The notes: generated by a model not told the origin, from the sequence alone. A stretch of 64,000 nucleotides of DNA from an uncultured Bacteroidales bacterium (GCA_905235675.1 CAJONC010000008.1:10299-74298); one strand, 5' to 3'. Numbered from the stretch's first letter, positions 10,419 to 20,442 are shown. Numbers and translations: made by a program.

Positions 10419-10464
10419 TTACGCAAAATCGTCTGGTACATTTGCACCAGACGATTTTGCGTAA
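10419..10464 (-). terminator. perfect 19-bp hairpin downstream of the EamA gene
   Basis: ttacgcaaaatcgtctggt / accagacgattttgcgtaa with an 8-nt loop. Only a weak T-run (ttgattttc) follows on the minus strand. Confidence 0.45.
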
Positions 10465-10548
10465 CTTACTGATAATCAACGCTGTTTAATAATAACTATC
10501 GTAGCAGTTGGCCTGTCTGCCATGGCCGGGTTTTAAAGATGGAAACCC

Positions 10549-11484
10549 CTACAGCAGGAAGAACATGCTCACGCCAAGCATGCTGACCACCACGCCGGAA
10601 ATCTCGCGGAAGCGGATGCGCTGTTTGTACATGAAGGCGTATGGAATAAGTATAAGCACCGGAGTGAGAGCCATCAGCGTTGAGGCGATGCCGGCGTTGG
10701 CGTAGCGGACGGCCATCAGCGACAGCGAAACACCGAGTACAGGGCCGAACAGCGTTACGATCAGCGCATATCTCATTCCGGTACGGTCGGCTACTGCGGC
10801 TTTCAGGCGGGGAAGGTCGCGCTGCAGCGCCATCATCCCTACGAATCCCAATGCACCAACCGCAGCCCGGATCATGGTTGAGGCGAAGGGCAGGAAGGTG
10901 TCCATGGCTGCGGGGGCATCTTCCGGAATGGCGGCGGCGTAGTACTGCACGCCCACCTTGCTAAGCACCAGCCCCACTCCCTGCCCGAGCCCCGCTCCGA
11001 TTCCGAGCAGCACGCCCTTGAGCGGCAGCGACAGCGTAAGATGGTGGCCGTCGTCCCTGCTGAGTATCGAAATCGCTATGCCGCAAAGGGTTACAGCCAT
11101 TGCAGTGATGGCTTTCCAGCCGAGGGATTCTCCAAGTATAGCCCATCCGGCGATGGCGGCAAAGAGGGGAGCGAGGGTCATGAAAAGCTGCCCGAAACGG
11201 GCTCCGATAACCAGGTAGCTGTTGAACAGGCACCAGTCTCCGAACAGATATCCCACTACCGCCGACAGGGCAAGCCATAACCACGTCCTGGCATCGGCAT
11301 ACACAGGGTAGGGATATCCCGTGCCGATCCACATCACACCGGCAAGAAAAACAAGCGCCAGGCTGAGCCTGAGCACATTGGTGCTCATAGACCCCAGCCG
11401 GTGGCTTGCTTTGTCGGCAAACAGGGCGGTAACGGTCCAGCATACTGCGACCGCGAGCGATATTATCTCCCCGAGGTGGTTCAC
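10549..11484 (-). CDS. EamA/DMT-family transporter
   Basis: 311 aa with about 10 TM helices and a duplicated EamA-like architecture. Apparent GTG start. Confidence 0.8.
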   Translation of the reverse strand: MNHLGEIISLAVAVCWTVTALFADKASHRLGSMSTNVLRLSLALVFLAGVMWIGTGYPYPVYADARTWLWLALSAVVGYLFGDWCLFNSYLVIGARFGQLFMTLAPLFAAIAGWAILGESLGWKAITAMAVTLCGIAISILSRDDGHHLTLSLPLKGVLLGIGAGLGQGVGLVLSKVGVQYYAAAIPEDAPAAMDTFLPFASTMIRAAVGALGFVGMMALQRDLPRLKAAVADRTGMRYALIVTLFGPVLGVSLSLMAVRYANAGIASTLMALTPVLILIPYAFMYKQRIRFREISGVVVSMLGVSMFFLL

Positions 11485-11490
11485 CGCAGC

Positions 11491-13215
11491 TTATTCCTTG
11501 ATGAACGGCTGGATGTATTCCCAGATGCGGTCGATCCAGTTGTAACTGCCGGTGCCGGGGGAGGCGGTGCGCTGGAAGCAGTGCTTGCGGGTTGCGAGGG
11601 TATGAAGTTCGCTCTGGATGCCCATCGCCCGCATCTTTTCCCATGTCTTGACCGAATTCATCGAAGCCCAGCTGTCGGCATCGCCGTGGATAAACAGCGT
11701 CGGGACGGTCTTGATGTCGAAGCTGAACTCCGGTGCCAGCACTGCGCTATCGTCGTTACCGCCGGTGGTATTACCTTTTTCGAGCCCGTCGGTAAGGGCG
11801 TAGGCGGGGTAGATCGCTATGCCCCATTGTACATTGCAGGGGAGTTTGTCGATGGCATCGACGGGACGGTATGCACTGTGCATCGAGGATGTCACTCCCA
11901 TCAGGGTGAGATGCCCGCCTGCGGACGATCCCATTATCCCGATGCGGTTGGGATCCAACCCGTGCGAAGGCGCTTCACTGCGCACTATGCGGATGGCGCG
12001 CTGCAGATCCTGCCAGGCGGTGGTGTGCTTGGCGAGAGGAGCGGCAGGGCGGGGAGTACGGTATTTGAGAGTCACCACGGTTACACCCATCGCGTTCAGA
12101 TAGCGGCGGACAGGGGCAACCTCGAATCCGTCGGGATCATTGCCCATATAGCTGCCTCCGGAATAGATGATCTGGATGGCATGGGTGCTGAGCTGGTGGG
12201 GGAAATGCCATTCGATGTAGGGCTCGCACTGATTCTCCTGGCGGTCCGGCATCTTCCCCTCGGGCCATACTGCTTCTTTCTTGTAGCCTGCGCGGTCATC
12301 ATCCGAAGCAAAGCGCTCCATAACCGGCACTTCCGGCTGCACAGGGCCGAGATAACCCATCTGGGTCATAAATTCCACCGCCCTTTCGAATCCCCACGCG
12401 CCGTGCCACTTGTTGGGATAAAGATGGAGTTCCGCGGGGATGCCCATCCTGCGCAATTGCCTGTAAACAAGGGTGGAACCGTTGGGGGAGTAGGGGTCGC
12501 GCCCGCCGTGATGCAGGCTGACGGGGCAGGTATGGTCGTCGAACTTGAAGGCCTTGCTCAAGGCTACGTCCGGGCCGTATCCGTCGCGGGTGGCTTCCGT
12601 GCCGGTCTCACCGTCGGTGGTCACATACGCAGGGGCGTTCGCCACCGCCCAGTTGATATGGCAGGGGGTCTTGTCGAGTTTATCTATCGGTTCATAGGCG
12701 GGTGTCTGGGAGCTGGTTGCCAGCAGTAAGGTGAGGTGACCTCCGGCCGACATTCCTATGGCCCCTATCTTCTCGGGATCGAAACCGCGCTTCTTTGCCT
12801 GGCTGCGCACCAGGCGGACAGCCCGCTGACCATCTTCCCACGCAGTCTGGTAGATGGGGATGCCCTTCGGGCGGGAGGTGCGGTAGACGAAATTCACGCA
12901 CTGCACCCCGAGGGCGGTGAGTTCCTTATGCCATTGTTCCACCAGACCTACATCGCAGCAGTTGTAGTATCCGCCGCCGGAAATCAGGATCATGCAGGCT
13001 CCGTTGGGGTTGGACGGTTTCTCATACCATTCAATATAAGGCATGCGATACTCTTCCGGATTGAAATCCGGAGCCTTGGAAACATTGGTCATTTCCGCAA
13101 TCTGATGCGGCTGGAAATCCGGCATTTTGTCGATACCGGGCCATAACGGCTGTCGCTCCAACGCACCGAGCTGCAGGGAAACGGATAGAAGGATGATGGA
13201 GAAAATCTTTTTCAT
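11491..13215 (-). CDS. secreted tandem-domain alpha/beta hydrolase (two esterase domains)
   Basis: 574 aa with a signal peptide. It has two homologous halves, each with a GxSxG nucleophile (GAIGMSAGGHL and GIMGSSAGGHL) and similar flanking sequence (YRT.RP...TAW.D.QRA.R.VRS). Confidence 0.8.
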   Translation of the reverse strand: MKKIFSIILLSVSLQLGALERQPLWPGIDKMPDFQPHQIAEMTNVSKAPDFNPEEYRMPYIEWYEKPSNPNGACMILISGGGYYNCCDVGLVEQWHKELTALGVQCVNFVYRTSRPKGIPIYQTAWEDGQRAVRLVRSQAKKRGFDPEKIGAIGMSAGGHLTLLLATSSQTPAYEPIDKLDKTPCHINWAVANAPAYVTTDGETGTEATRDGYGPDVALSKAFKFDDHTCPVSLHHGGRDPYSPNGSTLVYRQLRRMGIPAELHLYPNKWHGAWGFERAVEFMTQMGYLGPVQPEVPVMERFASDDDRAGYKKEAVWPEGKMPDRQENQCEPYIEWHFPHQLSTHAIQIIYSGGSYMGNDPDGFEVAPVRRYLNAMGVTVVTLKYRTPRPAAPLAKHTTAWQDLQRAIRIVRSEAPSHGLDPNRIGIMGSSAGGHLTLMGVTSSMHSAYRPVDAIDKLPCNVQWGIAIYPAYALTDGLEKGNTTGGNDDSAVLAPEFSFDIKTVPTLFIHGDADSWASMNSVKTWEKMRAMGIQSELHTLATRKHCFQRTASPGTGSYNWIDRIWEYIQPFIKE

Positions 13216-13289
13216 ATTTCAAAGATACGCAAAAAATTTTGTAGAAAAAGGTAAATCGTATTACGCGTTGTTTAAAGATGCTGTGTTTT

Positions 13290-13297
13290 TATATTTG
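13290..13297 (+). promoter_or_regulatory. -7 promoter box (TATATTTG) for the ECF sigma gene
   Basis: Exact TAnnTTTG, 7 nt before the ATG at 13305. It lies inside the longer track ORF (13278), which argues for the 13305 start. Confidence 0.4.
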
Positions 13298-13304
13298 TCG
13301 ACTA

Positions 13305-13859
13305 ATGACCGAAGATAGAACATATTTCATCGCCGATCGGATAAAGTCCGGGGACGCCACGGCATTCCGTGGCCTGTTCCGTATGCATTACCCCTCGCTG
13401 CTTGCATTTGTGGAAGGTTTTGTCAAAGATAAAGAAGTGGCTGAGGATATTGTGCAGAATGTTTTTATGAAAGTCTGGATTTACCGTTCTTCTCTCGATG
13501 AGACCAAACCTCTCCGAGGATATTTGTTCCTGCTGTGCAGGAGAGAGGTTTGCAACTGGTTCAGGAAAGAAGTGACAATACAGAGATTCATGAGCGGTCT
13601 GGAGCGCGAAGAAATCGACAGAATGGCTGCATCCGAGTCTCAGGATCCCTTGGAAATGGATGAGTTGGAGAAGATAGCCGAAAGAATAATAGATCAGATG
13701 CCGGCCAAACGCAGGGAGGTGTTCGTACTTTCACGGAGGGAAGGCCTAAAAATAGAAGAAATAGCAGAACGCCTGGGCATATCTCCCAGGACTGTTAACA
13801 AGCATATGCAACTGGCTCTCCGCTCATTGCGGATGAACTTGAACAAAGAACAGTTATGA
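13305..13859 (+). CDS. ECF-type RNA polymerase sigma-70 factor
   Basis: Region 2 (DIVQNVFMKVW) and a region 4 HTH (LKIEEIAERLGISPRTVNKHM). The stop overlaps the anti-sigma start (ATGA). The track ORF begins at 13278. Confidence 0.85.
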   Translation: MTEDRTYFIADRIKSGDATAFRGLFRMHYPSLLAFVEGFVKDKEVAEDIVQNVFMKVWIYRSSLDETKPLRGYLFLLCRREVCNWFRKEVTIQRFMSGLEREEIDRMAASESQDPLEMDELEKIAERIIDQMPAKRREVFVLSRREGLKIEEIAERLGISPRTVNKHMQLALRSLRMNLNKEQL

Positions 13860-14868
13860 AAAATAAAACCACACTGGACGCGCAGCTGCTGGAGCGTTAT
13901 TTTCTGGATAAATGCTCCTCGACGGAGGCATATAAAGTCGAAGAATGGCTTGCTGCCTCTGAAAAATCGGAGGATGACGTCGCCTTGCTTGGAGCTTCGA
14001 CAGGATAGACAAAAGCAATGATGCGCTTGCGGACAAAGCGTATGAAAAATGCGCAGAGACTCTCAATCTGGGAAGTGAAAAAAAGAACAGCTTGCCTGGC
14101 GGCCGGCTGTTACCTGTCATAACGATTCTGGCAATGGCCGCCAGTTTCGTGTTAGGGCTGTTTCTTCACAGGGAAAATGCCTCTGAAGACCCCGTCGAGT
14201 TTACGGAAATATATGCGAAGCGCGGAAGTTCCGAGAAAGTGACACTTCCTGACGGATCCACTATCCTGTTAAAATCCGGAAGCAGCCTGATTTATCCTTC
14301 CGAGTTCAAAGGAGATACCCGCAAGGTATTCCTGAGCGGAGAATGTTATGCATCTATCGCGAAGAATCCGGAACGTCCGTTTATTATGTCTACGGGTATG
14401 ATGAATGTCAGGGTAACCGGAACAGAATTCAATATCAAGTCGTATCCGGAGGATTCCGAGGCTGAAGTCGCCCTTGTTGAAGGGAGTGTGCAGTTGGAAG
14501 GCCGGAGCGGATCTTCAACTCATCTTCAGTCAATAACTCTTACCCCTGGAAATGTTGTAAAAGTAGACCGGAAAAACGGTGAGACCCGTATAAGCGAGTT
14601 CAATATCAATAACTACGGATCTGAAGAAGGAAGAGGCGAAGCCTTCGTTTTTCTTGACAGGCGTTTCTGCGATATCGCAAGCGAATTGTCACGCAGGCTT
14701 GATGTGAATATAGTCATTTATGACAAAACACTTGGCGAGAAACGGTTTTATTCTTCTTTCGTCAATGGAGAAAGTCTGGAGGAAATGCTCGCAACTTTCA
14801 ATGCGGACGGAAGTATGGTAATACGTGAAGATGCAGGAACAATCAGAATAACAAAAAGAGGAATATGA
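13856..14868 (+). pseudogene. FecR-family anti-sigma factor, frameshifted
   Basis: The ATG at 13856 gives 50 aa (MKNKTTLDAQLLERYFLDKCSSTEAYKVEEWL...) and ends at TAG 14006-14008. The -1 frame is open from 13978 (RRLAWSFDRIDKSNDALADKAYEK...). It continues through a TM segment (LLPVITILAMAASFVLGLFL) and the FecR and C-terminal domains to 14868. The shift must lie within 13978-14005. Confidence 0.75.
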
Positions 14869-17800
14869 AAAAACTGCTGACATTCATTGCAGCCTTGTCT
14901 GTTTTCATTGCATCAGACGCACAGAATATCAGCTTGCACCGTCAGGGAGCGAGCGTGCGTGAACTCATGCAGGAAATACAACAGAAGTATGGCTATTCAT
15001 TTTCATTGTCTTCCGATGTGGTTGACATTGAAAGAAAAGTGCCTTCCGTTGATATTGAATCAGGGAATATAGATGATGCGTTGCAGGTGATTTTCAAGGG
15101 ACAGGAGGTCTCTTATCGCCTTCAGGGCAAAACCATAGTGGTTACAAAGTCTCAAAAAGTCCGGAAAGAAGGTGATGACAAAGTTAATGGTAACGCCCCC
15201 TCGTTCGGCAATGCCTCCGGAACCAATCCCGGAAAGAACCGGCAGACGACGCAAGACAACGCCTCTTCAAAAGGACAGACGCCGTCTCAAGGAGCCCGTG
15301 TGATTAAAGGAAAAGTTGTTGATGAAACGGGCGAAGCCTTGATAGGTGCCGGTGTTATGTCTGCTGACGGAAAACGCGGAGTGGTCACGGACCTTGACGG
15401 AAACTACAGTTTTCCACTTGTCTCAGGTGACCGGAAACTCGTTTTTTCTTTCGTCGGATACACATCCAGGGAACTTGAGGTCGGAGAAAACCAGGTGATT
15501 GATGTAATCCTCCTTCCGGATAAGGAGAATCGCCTGAATGATGCTGTCGTAATCGGATATGGAACAGTTAAGAAGAGAGATCTTACAGGTTCGGTAGCAA
15601 ATGTAAAAATGTCCGATATTCAGGCCGCTCCCGTGGTCAGTATCGATCAGGCTCTTCAGGGACGCGTTGCCGGAGTAGATATAATGAACACTACCGGCGA
15701 GCCCGGAGCGGCCACTTCCATACGTGTTCGTGGAACGCGTTCGGTAACAGCATCCAATGAACCGCTTATCATCCTTGACGGAGTAATGGATGCAGTTTCG
15801 GATTTCGGAGATATTAACCCGGATGATATCGAGAGCGTCACCATCTTGAAGGATGCTTCGTCTACCGCCATTTACGGCAGCCGCGGGGCAAACGGCGTAA
15901 TAATGGTGACGACAAAAACCGGAAGTAGTACCAGTGCCAAGCCTGTAATCCGTGCCAAAGCGGTCAGCGGCGTATCGTGGATATCCAAACACCTGGACTT
16001 GATGAATGCCGAAGAGTTTACCAGATATCGCAACGATTTCTGGTATGCGAACGGTGCAACGGAAACTCGTCAGATACCGCGTTATGATCCGGACAATTAT
16101 ACCAACGACACGGACTGGATCAGTGCGATTACAAGGGTGGCGCCTTATCAGAATTACAATGTGAGTGCATCCGGAAGGGACAAAGGATACAATTATTTTA
16201 CTTCGCTATCCTTCTGGGATGAGAGAGGTATCGTCCTGGACAGCGGTCAACAGCGTATATCCGGGCGCCTGAACTTCAACAAAGACCTTACGGACTGGTT
16301 TACGCTCGGCCTGAAGGCAAGCACTGTTTACAGAGTCAAGGACCGTAACAAGGCGGTGTTCAGCGGGGGAGGTTACAGCAACGGTGCGATGTACCTTCCA
16401 CCTGTAATCGGCCTTCTGGACAACCAGAATCCGTTCATAGACAACTCTGCTCTCATAAATACTCCTTACGCTTCTATCTTGTATGAAGATTACTTCGACA
16501 AGAACTGGACAAATATGGATGTGGTGGAATTCAGGATCAAACCTGTCAAGGGACTTGTCATCAACAGTCAGAATTCCATCGGCAATACAGAATACCATAT
16601 ATATCATTTCTGGCCCAATGAACTGCCGAAGCGAATTGAGGCCGAAGGTGCCGATGCCTATAAGTTTGAAAGGGAAATCGTGAATATGTCGTCTGAAAAC
16701 ACTGTTACATATAACACGAAACTCGGCAGGTACCATTCCTTGGAAGCAATGGCCGGCTACTCCCTGAATCGTCAGGAATGGTCCAGCACCAGCGTGACGG
16801 CAAAAGGTATAATTTCCGATGCTTTTTCCTGGAACAACCTTAATGCCGTATCTTCAAAAGACGGCTATAACATAGGTTCCAGCTATCAGCGCATACTCAG
16901 GCAGTCTGTTTACGGGCGTTTCAATTATAATTACAGAGGTAAGTATTATGTGACGGCAACCCTGCGCGCGGACGGCTCTTCCAATTTTGCTGAAAACCGC
17001 AAATGGGGTTTCTTTCCTTCGGTAGCGCTAAAGTGGAATATGAAGAAGGAATTCTTCTTCAAGAAAGCACGTTGGATAAACGACTTGAACCTGCGTGCCA
17101 GTGCCGGAAGAACGGGGAATGATGCAATCGCCGCATACCTTTCGCAACAGGCATATACCAGCACTACGTCAAGTTATATTTTTGATGGGAATCAGGGTGC
17201 ATCCTTCTATCCTTCCCGTCTTGCAAGTACGGATCTTACGTGGGAGAAAACAGACCAGTACAATATCGCTCTCGAAGGTGCAGTCTTCAGGGAAAGGCTG
17301 ACTTTCGATCTGGAAGCATACTATTCCCGTACAACGGATCTGCTTCTGCAGGTGTCGACAGTCGCTTCGACAGGTTATACCTCCCGATATACCAATCTGG
17401 GACTGACAACCAACAAGGGAGTCGAACTGACTCTGGAGAGCAAGAATGTGGAGAAAAGGAATTTTGGATGGACCACCTCCTTTACAGTGTCTCACAACAG
17501 TCAGATGGTGAACGATATAGGCCACGAAAGTTATGTTTCCTGCGTGGACAGCCCCGATTCATATATGATGTATGGTTATAAAGCAGGCTATCCATTGAAT
17601 GCACTGTGGGGATTCAAGGCTGCAGGTTGTGTCCACAATGAAGATGAATACAACGAGAACATCGCCAGCAAGGAGTATGCATACCGAAATTCTTTCAGTT
17701 CTGCAAAGGCGGCACTCGGGCATCCCCGATACATTGACAAAGACAGGGACGGAGTCCTTACCCAGTCCGACCTGTTCTATCTTGGTAACGCGGATCCGGA

Positions 17801-18284
17801 TCTGTATGGCGGATTGCAGAATACGTTCCATTTCGGGAATCTTCAACTCTCCGTCTATTTCGCTTATTCGATAGGAGGAAAGATATACAATTATTCCGAA
17901 TTGTATATGGGCGGAGGCTCATACACTAACCAGTATCGCTATGCTCTGGACAGTTGGCATCCTGTACGCAATCCGGAGTCTGACCAACCTATTGCCGGAT
18001 CGTCCAGGTGGCTCATACCCAGCGACAAAATGGTATATGACGCTTCGTATCTAAGACTGAAAGATGTCAGTCTGCAGTATACTTTCAATATGCCTGCATC
18101 GTTCAAGGTTTTCAGGGAACTTACCGTAGGTCTTTCCGGAACCAATCTTAAACTTTGGAGCGAATATCTCGGCTTCGATCCGGACGTGTCCACGGAATCG
18201 GAGGGCTCTACGCTCCGACGTGTAGATAAGAATTCTTATCCTACTTCCAAGCGCATTGTCGCAAATCTTTCCATCAAATTCTGA
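14865..18284 (+). CDS. SusC/RagA-family TonB-dependent transporter with an N-terminal STN signalling domain
   Basis: 1139 aa. Order of parts: signal peptide, STN-like domain (SVRELMQEIQQKYGYSFS...), low-complexity linker, CarboxypepD_reg (VIKGKVVDETGEALIGAGV), plug, barrel. C-terminal ...ANLSIKF. Confidence 0.95.
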   Translation: MKKLLTFIAALSVFIASDAQNISLHRQGASVRELMQEIQQKYGYSFSLSSDVVDIERKVPSVDIESGNIDDALQVIFKGQEVSYRLQGKTIVVTKSQKVRKEGDDKVNGNAPSFGNASGTNPGKNRQTTQDNASSKGQTPSQGARVIKGKVVDETGEALIGAGVMSADGKRGVVTDLDGNYSFPLVSGDRKLVFSFVGYTSRELEVGENQVIDVILLPDKENRLNDAVVIGYGTVKKRDLTGSVANVKMSDIQAAPVVSIDQALQGRVAGVDIMNTTGEPGAATSIRVRGTRSVTASNEPLIILDGVMDAVSDFGDINPDDIESVTILKDASSTAIYGSRGANGVIMVTTKTGSSTSAKPVIRAKAVSGVSWISKHLDLMNAEEFTRYRNDFWYANGATETRQIPRYDPDNYTNDTDWISAITRVAPYQNYNVSASGRDKGYNYFTSLSFWDERGIVLDSGQQRISGRLNFNKDLTDWFTLGLKASTVYRVKDRNKAVFSGGGYSNGAMYLPPVIGLLDNQNPFIDNSALINTPYASILYEDYFDKNWTNMDVVEFRIKPVKGLVINSQNSIGNTEYHIYHFWPNELPKRIEAEGADAYKFEREIVNMSSENTVTYNTKLGRYHSLEAMAGYSLNRQEWSSTSVTAKGIISDAFSWNNLNAVSSKDGYNIGSSYQRILRQSVYGRFNYNYRGKYYVTATLRADGSSNFAENRKWGFFPSVALKWNMKKEFFFKKARWINDLNLRASAGRTGNDAIAAYLSQQAYTSTTSSYIFDGNQGASFYPSRLASTDLTWEKTDQYNIALEGAVFRERLTFDLEAYYSRTTDLLLQVSTVASTGYTSRYTNLGLTTNKGVELTLESKNVEKRNFGWTTSFTVSHNSQMVNDIGHESYVSCVDSPDSYMMYGYKAGYPLNALWGFKAAGCVHNEDEYNENIASKEYAYRNSFSSAKAALGHPRYIDKDRDGVLTQSDLFYLGNADPDLYGGLQNTFHFGNLQLSVYFAYSIGGKIYNYSELYMGGGSYTNQYRYALDSWHPVRNPESDQPIAGSSRWLIPSDKMVYDASYLRLKDVSLQYTFNMPASFKVFRELTVGLSGTNLKLWSEYLGFDPDVSTESEGSTLRRVDKNSYPTSKRIVANLSIKF

Positions 18285-18290
18285 CGCGCT

Positions 18291-20051
18291 ATGAAAAAGA
18301 TATCTGTTTATATATTATCCGCTTTAGTGCTTATGGCATGTTCTCTTGAAGAAGACCATAAGGCATTTACCACAAGGGCGAATTCATATTTGAACAAACA
18401 GCAGTGCCAGGCCTGCGTGGATGCCTGCTACATTCCAATCACTCAGGTTTATGTAACAACTTATGCCTGGGCGGTAGAAGTCCCTACAGACCTATGGTGG
18501 ATCAACACCAGCACCCCGGATCCCAAATGCGAGATTTCTCCTTCCAAGCCGGGTGTGGGAACGACTGTTTGGCAGTATTGCTATCAGGGAATTATGCGTT
18601 GCAACGAATTTATTGAATGCATTGCGGATTCCCCAATCGACGAAGCCGACAAACTTCCTATGATAGCGGAAGCACGTGTTATGAGAGCCTTGTATTATTA
18701 TCATTTGACCAATTTTTTCAACGGCGTGCCTTTTTACACCTATATGGTTGCAGATCAGTCTGTTCAGGAAAAGATACGCCGTCTTCCCAGGACGGATGCA
18801 AATCTCATTCGAAGCTCTCTTTATGAAGACTTGAAAGAAAATGCCCTTCCCTATCTGACAAAAGCGCGCACGAGCGAGATTGAAGGCAACAGGGCCGGAT
18901 ATTCCCTCGCCTTGATGCTGATGGCCAAGTTCGCCATGTGGTATAAGAACTGGGAAGATGCCGAATGGGCTCTTTCTGAACTGGAGAGCATATATGGTGA
19001 TTTCTCCGAGGCACGCTATCCTCTTGACGACACCCGCTGGTGCAAGAAAAACACTCCCGAGAGCATATTTGAGATCCAGCACGAGTGGAGCGAAGCCGGA
19101 ATTCAGTTCCAGGGGAAGATGAGCCGGACCTATTATCCGTCCAGTATTGCGAAGATATGGGATAATACTGATGTCACCGAAGGCTTGAACGGGGCGTGGA
19201 TAGACGGTACGTATGACGGGTATCTCGATGATGTATATATGCCTCAGTGGGGCCGCGGCATTCCGTCTGTCTCCAGTATGAGAGCGACCTGGCATATGGG
19301 ATGTTTCAGGGCAAAAACCGGAACTGATCAGACGGAAGATACCACTACGGCCCAGTATTGCCCGGGTGACCGTATCTTCGATCCTCTTCCTTTGACTTTC
19401 GGCGAGTTCAACAAATATTATAACCGTTGGAATGCAAGGCTGGACACCACCGCCCTGCGTTTGGGGCATACTGCCGACGGTCGCAAGATAGACCGCCGTA
19501 TCCGTTACGTCCTCGGGCTTGGCAGTATGAATCCTTCAGATGAGAATTACGGCGAGACATTCAAGGATGTGCGTACTCAGGGACGGCCTTGTGCCGGAGA
19601 GAAATTCTGGGTGCCGGATATGATGTCCAACTTCGACTCAAACAATTACAAGATTCTCCGATATGCCGATGCCGTACTTATGATGGCGGAGGTCAAGTGT
19701 ATGCAGGGGGATTATGATGCCGCACTGGAATATATGAACAAGGTGCGCGCACGTGCTGCTGTAGATCCTTTCAGCGGTTACTCCGACGAGGCTTCGGTTA
19801 TGAAACTCATTCGTGATGAAAGAGCTCGTGAACTGGCTGGAGAGTGCCATCGTAAATTCGATCTGGTGCGCTGGGGAATATGGTACACCGAGACACTCAA
19901 GTATGCCCCTTCCGGCACAAAGGAGTACATCCAGGCAAATATCCAGCCTTGCCACGAATATTATCCTATTCCCGATACCGAATGCGCACTTACCGCCGAT
20001 GCGGACGGGAATCCTGTCCTCACAAACCCCGCCTATGCCGGAATAGAATAA
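18291..20051 (+). CDS. SusD/RagB-family lipoprotein
   Basis: 586 aa. Lipoprotein signal (LVLMACS) and TPR-like SusD features (RALYYYHLTNFF, RYADAVLMMAE, ERARELAGE..RKFDLVRWG). Confidence 0.9.
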   Translation: MKKISVYILSALVLMACSLEEDHKAFTTRANSYLNKQQCQACVDACYIPITQVYVTTYAWAVEVPTDLWWINTSTPDPKCEISPSKPGVGTTVWQYCYQGIMRCNEFIECIADSPIDEADKLPMIAEARVMRALYYYHLTNFFNGVPFYTYMVADQSVQEKIRRLPRTDANLIRSSLYEDLKENALPYLTKARTSEIEGNRAGYSLALMLMAKFAMWYKNWEDAEWALSELESIYGDFSEARYPLDDTRWCKKNTPESIFEIQHEWSEAGIQFQGKMSRTYYPSSIAKIWDNTDVTEGLNGAWIDGTYDGYLDDVYMPQWGRGIPSVSSMRATWHMGCFRAKTGTDQTEDTTTAQYCPGDRIFDPLPLTFGEFNKYYNRWNARLDTTALRLGHTADGRKIDRRIRYVLGLGSMNPSDENYGETFKDVRTQGRPCAGEKFWVPDMMSNFDSNNYKILRYADAVLMMAEVKCMQGDYDAALEYMNKVRARAAVDPFSGYSDEASVMKLIRDERARELAGECHRKFDLVRWGIWYTETLKYAPSGTKEYIQANIQPCHEYYPIPDTECALTADADGNPVLTNPAYAGIE

Positions 20052-20058
20052 CAAGATT

Positions 20059-20442
20059 ATGAAACGAATCTTTCAATTATCATTTATTGTCCTGTCGATG
20101 CTCGCAGCAGCGTCGTGCAGCAAGGTATATGAAGAAAAATACGTATCCATTTATCGCACCGATGCCGAAGGCAACGAAGTGCCCAGGATGTTCACATGGT
20201 ACGACATTGCTTCTTCAACAGGTACACTTCCCATAGTGATATACTATTCAGGATCCTGGACGGTCGACTTTGCCGAGGAACCGGAATGGGCCTATCTCGA
20301 CAGAAAGTCCGGCAGCGGCGTGTCGTATATCCATGTCGGGTATCTGCAGAATAATACAGGCAACAACAGAAGCCTGCTCCTCAAACTCTCCTGCGACAAT
20401 GGGGAGACATTGGATATTACAATTAATCAGGCGACGGTATGA
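20059..20442 (+). CDS. small surface lipoprotein, BACON-like domain
   Basis: 127 aa. Lipoprotein signal (LAAASC). A single beta-rich domain ends ...NNRSLLLKLSCDNGETLDITINQ. Confidence 0.4.
   Translation: MKRIFQLSFIVLSMLAAASCSKVYEEKYVSIYRTDAEGNEVPRMFTWYDIASSTGTLPIVIYYSGSWTVDFAEEPEWAYLDRKSGSGVSYIHVGYLQNNTGNNRSLLLKLSCDNGETLDITINQATV

Noticed and set aside
8779-10548. Calling the hipBA islet a mobile element
   Set aside because: No integrase, transposase, tRNA attachment site or terminal repeats are visible. Only the compositional difference supports foreign origin.
11401-12729. 442-aa plus-strand ORF covering most of the esterase gene
   Set aside because: It is antisense to a well-supported alpha/beta hydrolase ORF. 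Its composition is G/A/V/R-rich, as is typical of antisense frames in GC-rich coding DNA, and it has no recognisable motifs.
15170-15300. Low-complexity Asn/Gly/Ser/Gln-rich stretch in the first SusC gene
   Set aside because: It lies between the STN and CarboxypepD_reg domains, where flexible linkers are normal. There is no nucleotide-level repeat.
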